From Streptosporangiaceae bacterium (GTDB lineage Bacteria; Actinomycetota; Actinomycetes; Streptosporangiales; Streptosporangiaceae), in contig DASXIA010000321.1 of the NCBI GenBank assembly GCA_036488155.1, positions 16,023 to 80,022 of the forward strand: DNA of 64,000 nt, written 5' to 3'. The translations under genes and the position numbers were made by a program. Below the pieces are notes generated by a model. The model was not told the origin of the DNA and did no database searches. It was given only the letters and a program-made list of their open reading frames with translations. Shown here piece by piece: positions 1-8,792 of the stretch; position 1 is the stretch's first letter; each line of letters starts with the position of its first letter.

Positions 1-137
1 GCCCGGCCCGCCTCGGCACCTTCGCCGGTCCACACCACTGACGGCTCGCCGTGCGCCCGGGCCAGCGTGAGCAACTCCGTCGTGACCTTCTTGACGGTCT
101 CGCCATCGTGCTCGGCAAGTACCAGGATTTCCGCCAT
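1..137 (-). CDS. etfA: Electron transfer flavoprotein alpha subunit, N-terminal fragment (gene runs off the left edge)
   Basis: Absent from the ORF track because it is truncated. The reverse complement of 1-137 starts with ATG at 137 and reads MAEILVLAEHDGETVKKVTTELLTLARAHGEPSVVWTGEGAEAGR, a typical EtfA N-terminus. It lies 69 nt downstream of etfB, as in the conserved etfB-etfA pair. Confidence 0.8.
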   Translation of the reverse strand, partial: MAEILVLAEHDGETVKKVTTELLTLARAHGEPSVVWTGEGAEAGR

Positions 138-206
138 GTAAGACAGCCTTTCCGCCTCGGCCCGCACTACTTCAGGTCGGCAGTGCTCAAGATGAACCGT
201 GGGTGC

Positions 207-986
207 TCAGATGAACTTGCGCGAAGCCAGGAACTCGGCGGCCTTCGTGCCGCCGTCTCCCTCGTCGGTGACGATGGTCCCGGCCGCGCGCGGCGGCCGG
301 TTAGCGAAACTGACCACCTCGGTGGCGCTCGCGGCCAGGCCGGCCTGGCTGGCATCCAAGTCGAGGTCGGCCAGGCTGAGGGTCTCAACCGGCTTCTTCT
401 TGGCTGCCATGATGCCCTTGAACGACGGGTACCGCGGTTCGTTGATCTTCTCGACCACGCTGACTACCGCCGGTAGTGTTCCTTCGACGGTGTCGTAGCC
501 GTAGTCCGCCTGGCGGTGGATGCTGATCTTGGATCCGTCGGTCTCCACCTTGCTGGCGAACGACATCTGCGGCACGCCGAGCCGCTCGGCCAGCATCGCC
601 GCCAGCGTGCCCATCCGCGCGTCAGTCGACTCCGAGCCAAGAATGACCAGGTCAAAGCCAGTACGGCGGAGCACGTTCGCCAGCACGGCCGACGTCACCA
701 GGCCGTCCGAGCCGCGCAGCGCCTCGTCGGTGACGTGCACGGCCTTGTCGGCGCCCATCGACAGCGCCTTGCGGATGGCGTCCGCGGCTTTGTCCGGGCC
801 CATGGAGACGATCGTGACCTCCCCGCCGTGCGCCTCCTGCAGCCTCAGCCCTTCCTCAATGGCGTAGTCATCAAGCTCGTTGATCACGGCGTCGGCCGCG
901 TCCCGGTCGAGGGTGCTGTCATCGGCCCGTAGCTTGCGCTCCGACCAGGTGTCGGGTACCTGCTTTACCAAGACCACGATGTTCAT
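207..986 (-). CDS. etfB: Electron transfer flavoprotein beta subunit
   Basis: 259-aa ORF. MNIVVLVKQVPDTWSERKL... and ...SFKGIMAAKKKPVETLSLADL match the EtfB/FixA family along the full length. Confidence 0.93.
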   Translation of the reverse strand: MNIVVLVKQVPDTWSERKLRADDSTLDRDAADAVINELDDYAIEEGLRLQEAHGGEVTIVSMGPDKAADAIRKALSMGADKAVHVTDEALRGSDGLVTSAVLANVLRRTGFDLVILGSESTDARMGTLAAMLAERLGVPQMSFASKVETDGSKISIHRQADYGYDTVEGTLPAVVSVVEKINEPRYPSFKGIMAAKKKPVETLSLADLDLDASQAGLAASATEVVSFANRPPRAAGTIVTDEGDGGTKAAEFLASRKFI

Positions 987-1050
987 GACCGGCTGCTGAC
1001 CCTTCCGTCTATGTCCTGCAATGAGCTTATGTTACTGGCGAGTTAAGTAA

Positions 1051-1917
1051 CTAACCGGACTGGCCGCCCGCTGCCTGCCACTCGGCGGCCTCAACCACGT
1101 TAGCCAGCAGCATGGCCCGCGTCATCGGGCCGACACCGCCCGGCATCGGCGCGAGGTAGCCCGCCACTTCGGCGACACCGGGCTCCACGTCACCCACCAG
1201 GCCCGCCTCGGTGCGGGTGATACCGACATCGAGCACGGCAGCGCCTGGCTTGACCATGTCAGCGGTGAGCAGCCCCGGCCTGCCCGCGGCCACCACGACG
1301 ATGTCGGCAGCGCGGGTGTGCGCTGCCAGGTCCCTGGTACCGGTGTGGCACTGCGTCACTGTGGCGTTCTCGCTGCGGCGGGTGAGCAGCAGCCCGAGGG
1401 CGCGCCCAACGGTGATGCCGCGGCCGATCACGGTCACGTCGGCGCCGGCGATCGGGACGTCATAGCGGCGGAGCAGTTCAACGATGCCTTTGGGAGTGCA
1501 GGGCAGCGGGCCCCGCTCGCCGAGCACGAGCTTGCCCAGGTTAACCGGCTGCAGGCCGTCGGCGTCCTTGGCCGGATCGATCATGCCAAGCACGCGCTGG
1601 GCGTCCAGACCGTCCGGCAACGGCAGCTGCACGATATATCCGGTGCACGCCGGGTCAGCGTTCAGCTCGGCAATGACGTCGTCGACCTGTTGCTGGCTGG
1701 CGTCGGCTGGCAGGTCCCGGCGGATGCTGACGATCCCGACTTGGGCGCAATCGCGGTGCTTTCCGGCCACATAGGAATGACTGCCGGGGTCGTCGCCGAC
1801 CAGCACAGTGCCGAGGCCGGGTACGCGGCCCGCTTCCGCCAGCTTGGCCACCCGCCCGGCCAGCTCTTCACGGATCGCCCCGGCAGTCGCCTTACCGTCC
1901 AGAATGGTCGCAGTCAT
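1051..1917 (-). CDS. folD: Bifunctional methylenetetrahydrofolate dehydrogenase / methenyl-THF cyclohydrolase
   Basis: [15 protein letters not shown]..., [18 protein letters not shown] and [14 protein letters not shown] are FolD hallmarks. I place the start at the internal ATG (MTATILDGK, 1917) rather than at the longest ORF start (1947). Confidence 0.93.
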   Translation of the reverse strand: MTATILDGKATAGAIREELAGRVAKLAEAGRVPGLGTVLVGDDPGSHSYVAGKHRDCAQVGIVSIRRDLPADASQQQVDDVIAELNADPACTGYIVQLPLPDGLDAQRVLGMIDPAKDADGLQPVNLGKLVLGERGPLPCTPKGIVELLRRYDVPIAGADVTVIGRGITVGRALGLLLTRRSENATVTQCHTGTRDLAAHTRAADIVVVAAGRPGLLTADMVKPGAAVLDVGITRTEAGLVGDVEPGVAEVAGYLAPMPGGVGPMTRAMLLANVVEAAEWQAAGGQSG

Positions 1918-2075
1918 CGCGGGCTTATTCTGCCCGATGCGCTGCACTGAGCAGTACCCGAGGCAGGTTAACCAGGCCTCGGCATGCCACCGCCGGGCCG
2001 CGGACCTGCGGGCAACTGAGCGCGGCCAGAGCCCGTTCCCGGCCTGGAAGTGGATTCAAGCGGCTCGGGATATGC

Positions 2076-2106
2076 GTCCGGCCCGGCCTGTATGGCCGGG
2101 CCGGAC
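2076..2106 (-). terminator. Perfect 13-bp stem / 5-nt loop hairpin 15 nt downstream of the phosphoesterase stop
   Basis: GTCCGGCCCGGCC-tgtat-GGCCGGGCCGGAC read directly from the sequence. A GC-rich hairpin without a U-tract, as is common for actinobacterial terminators. Confidence 0.55.
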
Positions 2107-2120
2107 TTGGGCCTATTGCG

Positions 2121-4358
2121 TTACCTATGCATGATCAGCGGTATTTCGCTGCCGCCGTCGTCATAGATTCCGGCTGCCCACAGCTGGCCGTCCACGTCGG
2201 TGATGCCGCTGAGGATGTTGCTGCCGCTGCCCGGGTTGGGCGCCGGGTTGACGGTCCAGGTACCGCCTGTACCCTGCAGCACCAGACTGTTGTTGTTGTC
2301 GGTCGTCGGGTCCACGTAGCTCCCGGCCGCCCAGACGCTGCCACCAGACAACTGGATCCCCCACAGGTTCGTCCAGTTGGCTCCATCGGGGACGGTTGGC
2401 AGGGTGGGAATCGTCCACTTCCCGTTCTGATAACCCTCGACGAGCGGCTGGCCGCCGCCCTCGGGGCTGTCTGCCTCGCCAGCCACCCAGACCTGGCCGG
2501 CGTTCGCCGTGATGCCGTCGAGCATCACCAGGTCAGCCGAGGCCGGTGCTGGTAGCGGCACGACCGACCAGTGCTTGCCGTCCCAGTGCTCGACGAGTCC
2601 CTGGTCCGGCGAGTCGCCGCCCAGCTGCATGCCCGCCGCCCAGACGTTGTCCGGGCTGACAGCGTCGACGGCATACAGGTGGTTCCCGGTTGAGCCCGGA
2701 TCAAGAGTGGGGACGACGGTCCAGCTAGACCCGTCCCAGTGCTCGGCGAGCGTCTCGAATGTGTGATTCCTGCCTTCCTGATCCCCTACGACCCAGACGT
2801 CTGATGGCGAGAGCGCGGACGCCCCGAAGAGCATGTCGCGCACCGAGCCTGGCTGAGGGTTGTTTGCGATGGACCACTGCGAGCCGTCCCAGTGCTCGAG
2901 CAGTGCCCGGTCCTGGTAGCCGCTGTTCAGGTACTCACCGACCGCCCAGGCCTGGCCCTGGCTGGCCGCGAGTCCGTAGAACGAGTTGAAGTTGACGCCG
3001 GTGTTAGGCGTCGGCACCACTGACCACTTCTTGCCGTCGTAGTGCTCAGCGAAGCTGAGCGTGGCGTCCTGGTTGCTGTTCGCGGTGTCCGGCAGGAAGT
3101 CACCGACCGCCCAGATGTCGCTGGGTGAGGACCCGGCCACCGCCCCGACGCTGTTGTCGTTGCTTCCGTACAGCTGCGCTTTCTGCACGGTCCAGCCGCC
3201 AGACTTCTGCGTACTGACCGACATCGACGTCGGTTCGGTAGGCGTCGGGGTAGGGGTAGGCCAGGTCAGCTCGGGTAGCGGCTTAGTCGCGATCGCAGCC
3301 GAGCCAGTGGTCGCGAACAACGGCGAGATGGGCTGCACGTTCGCCGTATCACAGGTGAACTGCAGGCAGCCGAGGCCGAACGTGTGCTCGATGCTGGACA
3401 GCAGCGAGTAGTGATTCGCGGGCTGCGAGTCCTGGACTCCGCGCGGGCCGTGGCTGGTGACCACGATCGTGGCAACCTGGCCGGCGCCCGGGTTGGCGTC
3501 GCAGCAGCCAGCGCTGTCGTCGCCCTCATCGAAGGTGACCACGATCGCGTTGTTGCCCTGCGCCCAGAACGGCGCGTTCGTAATCGCGCTCACGAGATGG
3601 CCGAGATAAGCGTCGCCTACCGAGACCAGATGCTGATTCTGCGGGTCGCCGATATTGCCGCTGTCCAGGCAGTACGGCGGGTCGCCGTGCATATCGTGGC
3701 ATTCGTCCGGGATGACGTAGTTGAATCGTGGCACGTTGCCGGACTGCAGGTCGCCGGACAGCTGGCCGATCGGAACCTGGCGCGACCAGTCCTGCTGGTT
3801 CCACGAGCTGGTGAAGTTCTGGATGCCATCGTGCTTGGAGACGTAGAGCGGGTCGCTGTCCGGCGCCCCGTTGCACTTCTCCGGGTAGCAGATGCCCTCG
3901 TAGTTCGGATGCGGCAACGACTGGAGGTACGCCTTCCAGCTGATCCCGGCATGGTCGAGCTGGCTGATCAGGCTGGGCGCATCGACGCTGTTCTTCCAGT
4001 ACGCGTCGTCGCTGTTGACGTTGAAGGTGCTGCCGCCGAGCAGGCCCACGTAGTTGGCCTCGCTGCAGCACGGGCTGACCCCGAAGTAGTTGGTCTCCAG
4101 TCCGAATGTATTCGCCAGGGAGTTGAGGTTCGGTGCAGCCGGGTTCCCGATCACGTCGCTGAATCCGTTGTTCTCCTCCATGATGACGAATACGTGGTCG
4201 AGCTTGGGCATCGTGGACGAGGAGGTGCTCTGCGCCGACGCGGCCGGCGCGATGGTCATCGCGCCAGCCAGCGCAAGGCACGCTGCTATCAGCGGGATTG
4301 TCACTAGATGACGAGACCGACCCAGTCTCTGCCGTAACGATTGCGGGGGGAGTGACAT
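2121..4358 (-). CDS. Secreted phosphoesterase (AcpA / phospholipase C-type phosphoesterase family) fused to a C-terminal ~7-blade beta-propeller-like repeat domain
   Basis: N-terminal signal peptide (LVTIPLIAACLALAGAMTIAPAASAQ). The core (LDHVFVIMEENNGFSDVIGNPAAPNLNSLA...YVIPDECHDMHG...AIVVTFDEGDD) resembles the phosphoesterase family. A TPTPTPTEPT linker follows. The C-terminal part carries about six to seven repeats of ...SPSDIWAVG...EHWDGxxWSVVP. AAGGAGGA lies 3 nt upstream of ATG 4358. Confidence 0.8.
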   Translation of the reverse strand: MSLPPQSLRQRLGRSRHLVTIPLIAACLALAGAMTIAPAASAQSTSSSTMPKLDHVFVIMEENNGFSDVIGNPAAPNLNSLANTFGLETNYFGVSPCCSEANYVGLLGGSTFNVNSDDAYWKNSVDAPSLISQLDHAGISWKAYLQSLPHPNYEGICYPEKCNGAPDSDPLYVSKHDGIQNFTSSWNQQDWSRQVPIGQLSGDLQSGNVPRFNYVIPDECHDMHGDPPYCLDSGNIGDPQNQHLVSVGDAYLGHLVSAITNAPFWAQGNNAIVVTFDEGDDSAGCCDANPGAGQVATIVVTSHGPRGVQDSQPANHYSLLSSIEHTFGLGCLQFTCDTANVQPISPLFATTGSAAIATKPLPELTWPTPTPTPTEPTSMSVSTQKSGGWTVQKAQLYGSNDNSVGAVAGSSPSDIWAVGDFLPDTANSNQDATLSFAEHYDGKKWSVVPTPNTGVNFNSFYGLAASQGQAWAVGEYLNSGYQDRALLEHWDGSQWSIANNPQPGSVRDMLFGASALSPSDVWVVGDQEGRNHTFETLAEHWDGSSWTVVPTLDPGSTGNHLYAVDAVSPDNVWAAGMQLGGDSPDQGLVEHWDGKHWSVVPLPAPASADLVMLDGITANAGQVWVAGEADSPEGGGQPLVEGYQNGKWTIPTLPTVPDGANWTNLWGIQLSGGSVWAAGSYVDPTTDNNNSLVLQGTGGTWTVNPAPNPGSGSNILSGITDVDGQLWAAGIYDDGGSEIPLIMHR

Positions 4359-4443
4359 TGATCCTCCTTGCCGCGGGCACCGCACAACCGCGGCACGCCG
4401 CGTGTTCCGGTCCTGACAAAGCCTCACGAGTCAAGCAAGCCTG

Positions 4444-4505
4444 CCTGAACTCACCGTGACGAGACGGTGACCGGCTTGCCGAACTTCGGCTCCCTGCCGC
4501 TGAAC
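4444..4505 (-). promoter_or_regulatory. PHO-box-like array of phased direct repeats upstream of the phosphoesterase gene
   Basis: The minus strand reads GTTCAGCggcagggagccgaaGTTCGGCaagccGGTCACCgtctCGTCACGgtgaGTTCAGGcagg. The last four cores are spaced 12, 11 and 11 nt apart and resemble the GTTCACC core of actinobacterial PhoP 11-nt direct-repeat units. The array lies 86-147 nt upstream of the ATG. Confidence 0.4.
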
Positions 4506-4580
4506 TCGCTTTGCTGCCGTGCGCTACCGCGCTCGCCTGCCGGACTGCGGACGTCGGGCCAGCAGCGACTGGCGGGCAGG

Positions 4581-6200
4581 TCAGTGGTAAAAGTGCCGGA
4601 CGCCAGTGAAGTACAGCGCTACGCCGGCGGCCTGTGCCGCCGCGATGACCTCGTCGTCCCTGACCGAGCCGCCTGGCTCGGCAATCGCCTGCACCCCCGC
4701 CTCGGTCAGGATCTGCAGGCCGTCGGCGAACGGAAAGAACGCGTCGCTAGCGGCGACCGAGCCGACTGCCCGGTCCCCCGCTCGGGCCACCGCAAGGCGG
4801 CACGAATCGACCCGGTTGACCTGACCCATGCCGATGCCGACGCTGGCCAGCCCGGCAGCAAGCAAGATCGCGTTGGACTTGACCGCGCGGCAGGCCCGCC
4901 AGGCGAACTCCAGGTCAGCGAGCACGGGCGCGTCGGCCGGGCGGCCGGCCACGAGCTTCCAGCTGGCCGCCGAGTCGCCCGGCTCGGTGGCGGTGTCTCG
5001 GGTTTGCATCAGCATGCCGCCGCTGACTTGCCGCCAGTCCAGGCCAGCCGGGCCGCTGGCCCCGGTCAGCGCACCGCTCGCGTCCGGCGCGGGCGCTGCG
5101 CAGCGCAGCAACCGCTGGTTCTTCTTCGCGGTGAGGATCTTCAGCGCGGCCGGCTCGAAGTCCGGAGCAATGATGACCTCGGTGAAAACCTCAGCAACCT
5201 GGGCGGCCATCTCCTCGGTCACGGTGCCGTTCGCCGCGATAACGCCGCCGAACGCCGACACGGGGTCGCAGGCATGCGCTCTGCGATGCGCTTGCGCCAT
5301 GTCAGCGCCGAGCGCGATGCCGCAGGGGTTGGCGTGCTTCATGATCGCGACGCAGGGCTGGGTGAATCCGAACGCCGCCCGCCGGGCCGCGTCAGCGTCC
5401 ACGTAGTTGTTGTAGGACATGGCCTTGCCGTGCAGCACTTCGGCATTGGCGATCCCGGCCTCGCCGGCAGTTGCTCCGGCGCCGCCCGCCGATCGCAGGT
5501 ACAGCGCCGCGCGCTGATGCGGGTTCTCCCCGTAACGGAGAACGTCCTTACGGGTCCACATCGCGCCCACCACATCCGGCCAGCCGGTTTCCTCGGCTAC
5601 CGGGTCGGGTGCGTATGCCGCAGCGAACCATGACGAGACTGCTGCGTCGTAAGCGGCTGTGTGCGCGTAGGCCTGCGCGGCCAGCCGTCGCCGTTGCTCC
5701 AGCGTGAACCCGCCCGCCGCGATCGCATCGATGACGTCCGGGTAGCTCTCCGGGCTGGTTATCACCGCGACGGTGCCGTGGTTCTTCGCGGCCGCGCGGA
5801 CCATCGCGGGGCCGCCGATGTCGATCTGCTCAACGCTCTGCGCCGGGCTGGCACCGCTGGCGACCGTCTGCTCGAACGGGTAGAGGTTCGAGACCAGTAG
5901 CTCGAACGGCGCGATGCCGAGGCTAGCCAGCTGCTCCCGGTGGCTGCTGCTGGCCATGTCGGCGAGCAGCCCAGCGTGCACTGCCGGGTGCAGTGTCTTG
6001 ACTCTGCCATCCAGGCACTCGGGGAAGCCGGTGAGCTCTTCCACCGGCGTCACCGGCACGCCGGCGGCAGCGATGACGGACGCTGTCGTCCCCGTTGACA
6101 CGATCTGCACGCCCGCCTCGTGCAGCGCTTCGGCCAGCGCCGTAATCCCGTCCTTGTCATAGACGCTGAGCAGCGCCCGCTTAATCGGCACCCTGGTCAA
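4581..6200 (-). CDS. purH: Bifunctional AICAR transformylase / IMP cyclohydrolase
   Basis: 539 aa. [13 protein letters not shown]..., STGGT-like STGTTA and [12 protein letters not shown] give a full-length PurH pattern. The start overlaps the purN stop by 4 nt. Confidence 0.95.
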   Translation of the reverse strand: MTRVPIKRALLSVYDKDGITALAEALHEAGVQIVSTGTTASVIAAAGVPVTPVEELTGFPECLDGRVKTLHPAVHAGLLADMASSSHREQLASLGIAPFELLVSNLYPFEQTVASGASPAQSVEQIDIGGPAMVRAAAKNHGTVAVITSPESYPDVIDAIAAGGFTLEQRRRLAAQAYAHTAAYDAAVSSWFAAAYAPDPVAEETGWPDVVGAMWTRKDVLRYGENPHQRAALYLRSAGGAGATAGEAGIANAEVLHGKAMSYNNYVDADAARRAAFGFTQPCVAIMKHANPCGIALGADMAQAHRRAHACDPVSAFGGVIAANGTVTEEMAAQVAEVFTEVIIAPDFEPAALKILTAKKNQRLLRCAAPAPDASGALTGASGPAGLDWRQVSGGMLMQTRDTATEPGDSAASWKLVAGRPADAPVLADLEFAWRACRAVKSNAILLAAGLASVGIGMGQVNRVDSCRLAVARAGDRAVGSVAASDAFFPFADGLQILTEAGVQAIAEPGGSVRDDEVIAAAQAAGVALYFTGVRHFYH

Positions 6201-6886
6201 CTGCCTATCCTCACTCTCCGGCCTTGGACCGACCAGCCTTCACGGACCATCCGGCCGACGGTCGCCACCACGAGCGATCGCTCGGCCACCTTGATGCGCT
6301 CATGCAGCGATTCCTCGTCGTCGTCATCAAGCACCGGCACGGCCGCCTGGGCCGCGATCGGGCCGCTGTCGATCCCGGCGTCGACCAGGATCACGCTGCA
6401 GCCGGTCACCTTGACGCCGTGCTCCAATGCATCGCGGACACTGTGCATGCCGGGGAACGACGGCAGCAGCGCGGGATGCGTGTTGATCATGCGGCCGCCG
6501 AACCTGCCGAGGAACTCGGTGCCGACCAGTTTGAGGAAACCGGCCGCGATGATCAGATCGGGGTCGAGCGCTGCACAGTCTGCCGTCAGCGCCTTGTCCC
6601 AGGCGAAGCGGTCCGGCGAGTCTTGCACCCGCCGCACGAAGGCGGGAATCCCCGCCGCGGCTGCCCTGGCAACACCGCCGGTTCCGTCGCGGTCCGCGCC
6701 GACTGCGACGATCTGCGCGCCAAAACCGGGGTCGTTGCAGGCGTCCATGAGTGCCTGCAGGATCGAGCCCGTGCCCGAGACGAGCACGAGCAGTCGTGCT
6801 GGTGATCGCAAGCGACTGACAGCGAACTCCCTGGTCGATGAACTGGTCGTGTCCGGCATTCCGGGCTGTTCCGATGAAGCCAGCAA
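6197..6886 (-). CDS. purN: Phosphoribosylglycinamide formyltransferase
   Basis: [32 protein letters not shown] and [16 protein letters not shown] are PurN motifs. The start is uncertain (alternative ATG at 6859). Confidence 0.9.
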   Translation of the reverse strand: MLASSEQPGMPDTTSSSTREFAVSRLRSPARLLVLVSGTGSILQALMDACNDPGFGAQIVAVGADRDGTGGVARAAAAGIPAFVRRVQDSPDRFAWDKALTADCAALDPDLIIAAGFLKLVGTEFLGRFGGRMINTHPALLPSFPGMHSVRDALEHGVKVTGCSVILVDAGIDSGPIAAQAAVPVLDDDDEESLHERIKVAERSLVVATVGRMVREGWSVQGRRVRIGS

Positions 6887-6987
6887 CCCGCATGAACAGG
6901 CGGCTCACCCGGCCGACGGCTTCAGCGTACAAGCCAGGGCGTGCCGCACCGCTCGCCGGCGCCCAGAGTTCGGGCGCTGCACGCAGC

Positions 6988-7023
6988 GGGGCTCCGCAAC
7001 CGGTGTCCCGGCTGCGGAGCCCC
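6988..7023 (-). terminator. Hairpin (11-bp stem, 14-nt loop) 39 nt downstream of the PstS-like gene
   Basis: GGGGCTCCGCA-accggtgtcccggc-TGCGGAGCCCC read from the sequence. Confidence 0.45.
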
Positions 7024-7061
7024 GCGAGTAGCTTGGCTAGGCAGTCAAGCCATCTGGCGTG

Positions 7062-8357
7062 TCAGCCAGTGGTGCCGCACCTGGGATCCGGCTCGAAACC
7101 GTATGCCTTCACCACGTTGGTGTCGGTGCAGAAGAGGCCCTTGTGGCCGATGAACTTCTCCAGGTTGGACGGGATGTGGTCCTTCGTGCCCGTGGCAAAG
7201 GGAACCACGACGTAGAGCCGCCGCTCAAACTGGGAGCTCACCCACTTCGGGTTGGTCACCGGGACCTTCGCCCCCCTGGGCGTCACGTATGGCGCTCCGA
7301 AGGGCTTGATGCTGTTCAGGCCGAACACGCCGATCTGGTTGCAGCCGAACTTGTTCTTGCCCTTGTGGCTTGCGTTCTTGCTGCAGCTAGCGGAGTGGTA
7401 CTTCTCGGCCAGGTACGCGCCGGTCGAGAACGGGTAGATCACGTTCGGGTTGGGCTTGCCGGATTTCGTCCCGCCAACGCGGAACACCGGGCTGATGCCC
7501 TCGTTCTCCTCAGGCTGCTGCGCGACGCCCAGGTTAGCAGCGGTGCCACAGGTGGGCTCGGAGGTCGTGGACAGGCCCAGCGCGGTCGCCATCCAGAACG
7601 AGAGCGTTCCTGACCCGGCCTGCGGGACGATCGGGTCGATGGCGCTACTTGCGCCCTTCGCGCTCGCCCCGAGCAGTGCGCCCCAGGTGTTGGCGCCAAA
7701 CCCGTTGGCGGCTGGCACGCTGCAGCTGAAGATTTCGATGAGCTGGTTCCTCGTCAGGTTGTTCGGCACGTTGGTCGATTCGCCCTTGAGGTTGGTGCTG
7801 GCGTAGGTGACAGCGTCAGCCCACAGCTCGTCGAACGCGATGCCGCCCTTAGCGTAAGGGGCGTCAGACGTCCCGCGTGGCCGCGAGGACCGCGCGAAGT
7901 TGGCGCACGCAACCGTGTGCGTCTTGCCCTTGTAGCTGTAGTGCGTGCTGCCGAGCTCGTTGGTCTCGAGCGCGGTAATACCGGCCCCAGACCCGTCGGG
8001 CCGCAGGTTCCGCTTGCAGCCTGCCTTGGGCACGATCTTCGAGGTGGTGTCGTTCAGGTTGCTCGGCGGCACCGCGTCCCAGCTGTAGATGTACGGGTTC
8101 GCCGGGGAGTCAGCCTTGGTCGTGCACCTGCCGGTTGTCTTCTTAGTGTTGGTGCCAAAGCAGTCGTAGTTGTACGTCAGCTGGTCGGTGATGTACGAGA
8201 TCGACTGCGACCCGACGCCGACGATGTCCCACGCTCTTGGCGTCACCGTCTTGTTGGTGTGCGGGTTGATCGGCTCAGCCAGAGCTGGAGCCGCCAGCAC
8301 CGCACTCGCGACGGCCGCTACCGCACCCGCCGCGAACAGAGTTTTCAGAAAGCGCAC
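7062..8357 (-). CDS. Secreted PstS-like (PBP_like_2 type) substrate-binding protein, orphan (no adjacent permease or ATPase)
   Basis: Signal peptide FLKTLFAAGAVAAVASAVLAAPALA. PstS-family landmarks are present: DIVGVGSQSISYITDQL, LRPDGSGAGITAL and IVPQAGSGTLSFW. I chose GTG 8357 as the start because GGGAGGA lies just upstream; the longest ORF starts at 8462. Confidence 0.7.
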   Translation of the reverse strand: MRFLKTLFAAGAVAAVASAVLAAPALAEPINPHTNKTVTPRAWDIVGVGSQSISYITDQLTYNYDCFGTNTKKTTGRCTTKADSPANPYIYSWDAVPPSNLNDTTSKIVPKAGCKRNLRPDGSGAGITALETNELGSTHYSYKGKTHTVACANFARSSRPRGTSDAPYAKGGIAFDELWADAVTYASTNLKGESTNVPNNLTRNQLIEIFSCSVPAANGFGANTWGALLGASAKGASSAIDPIVPQAGSGTLSFWMATALGLSTTSEPTCGTAANLGVAQQPEENEGISPVFRVGGTKSGKPNPNVIYPFSTGAYLAEKYHSASCSKNASHKGKNKFGCNQIGVFGLNSIKPFGAPYVTPRGAKVPVTNPKWVSSQFERRLYVVVPFATGTKDHIPSNLEKFIGHKGLFCTDTNVVKAYGFEPDPRCGTTG

Positions 8358-8460
8358 GCGTCCTCCCACAGACGATTGAGCGCGAACTACCGTGCAAGCA
8401 CTCGCACGGACCGCCGAGTGGCCGTCGCGCCTAAATATGCATGATGCTCGATAGGGCAAC

Positions 8461-8505
8461 AAGAAACGTTAATGAAGGCCTATCTGATGACTTGGTGAAC
8501 GGAGC
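8461..8505 (-). promoter_or_regulatory. PHO-box-like phased repeats abutting a candidate -35/-10 upstream of the PstS-like gene
   Basis: The minus strand reads GCTCCGTTCACCaagtCATCAGAtaggCCTTCATtaacGTTTCTTgTTGCCC, with TTCA-type cores recurring about every 11 nt. TTGCCC-16 nt-TATTTA follows. This is the first copy of the 13-mer TGGTGAACGGAGC (8493-8505). Confidence 0.3.
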
Positions 8506-8705
8506 TGGTCTAACCGGCAAATGGCCAGGCGACTGCTTACTGTTCCGCCGTGCCACGCGCCCGCTCCCGTCATGATCCCGGCTGGTAACACCAGCTCAGG
8601 TCAGGACTAGATCCGGGCGAACGGGCCACCGCATGCCAAAAGTGCTGGCGACGCCGGCAGCCTCACGCGCGGTTGCTAACCGCTCGCAAGACAACAACGT
8701 CGTTC

Positions 8706-8718
8706 TGGTGAACGGAGC
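8706..8718 (-). repeat. Second exact copy of the 13-mer TGGTGAACGGAGC (GTTCACC core on the minus strand)
   Basis: Exact 13/13 match to 8493-8505, 213 nt away, in the same ~330-bp more A/T-rich intergenic region between perM-like and the PstS-like gene. Confidence 0.6.
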
Positions 8719-8792
8719 AATGACCTGAGATGTCTTGCTCGTAGCACTGAGAGGAAAATTGGGCGCCGGGTAGCTGGCAGGAACAGCCTGGT

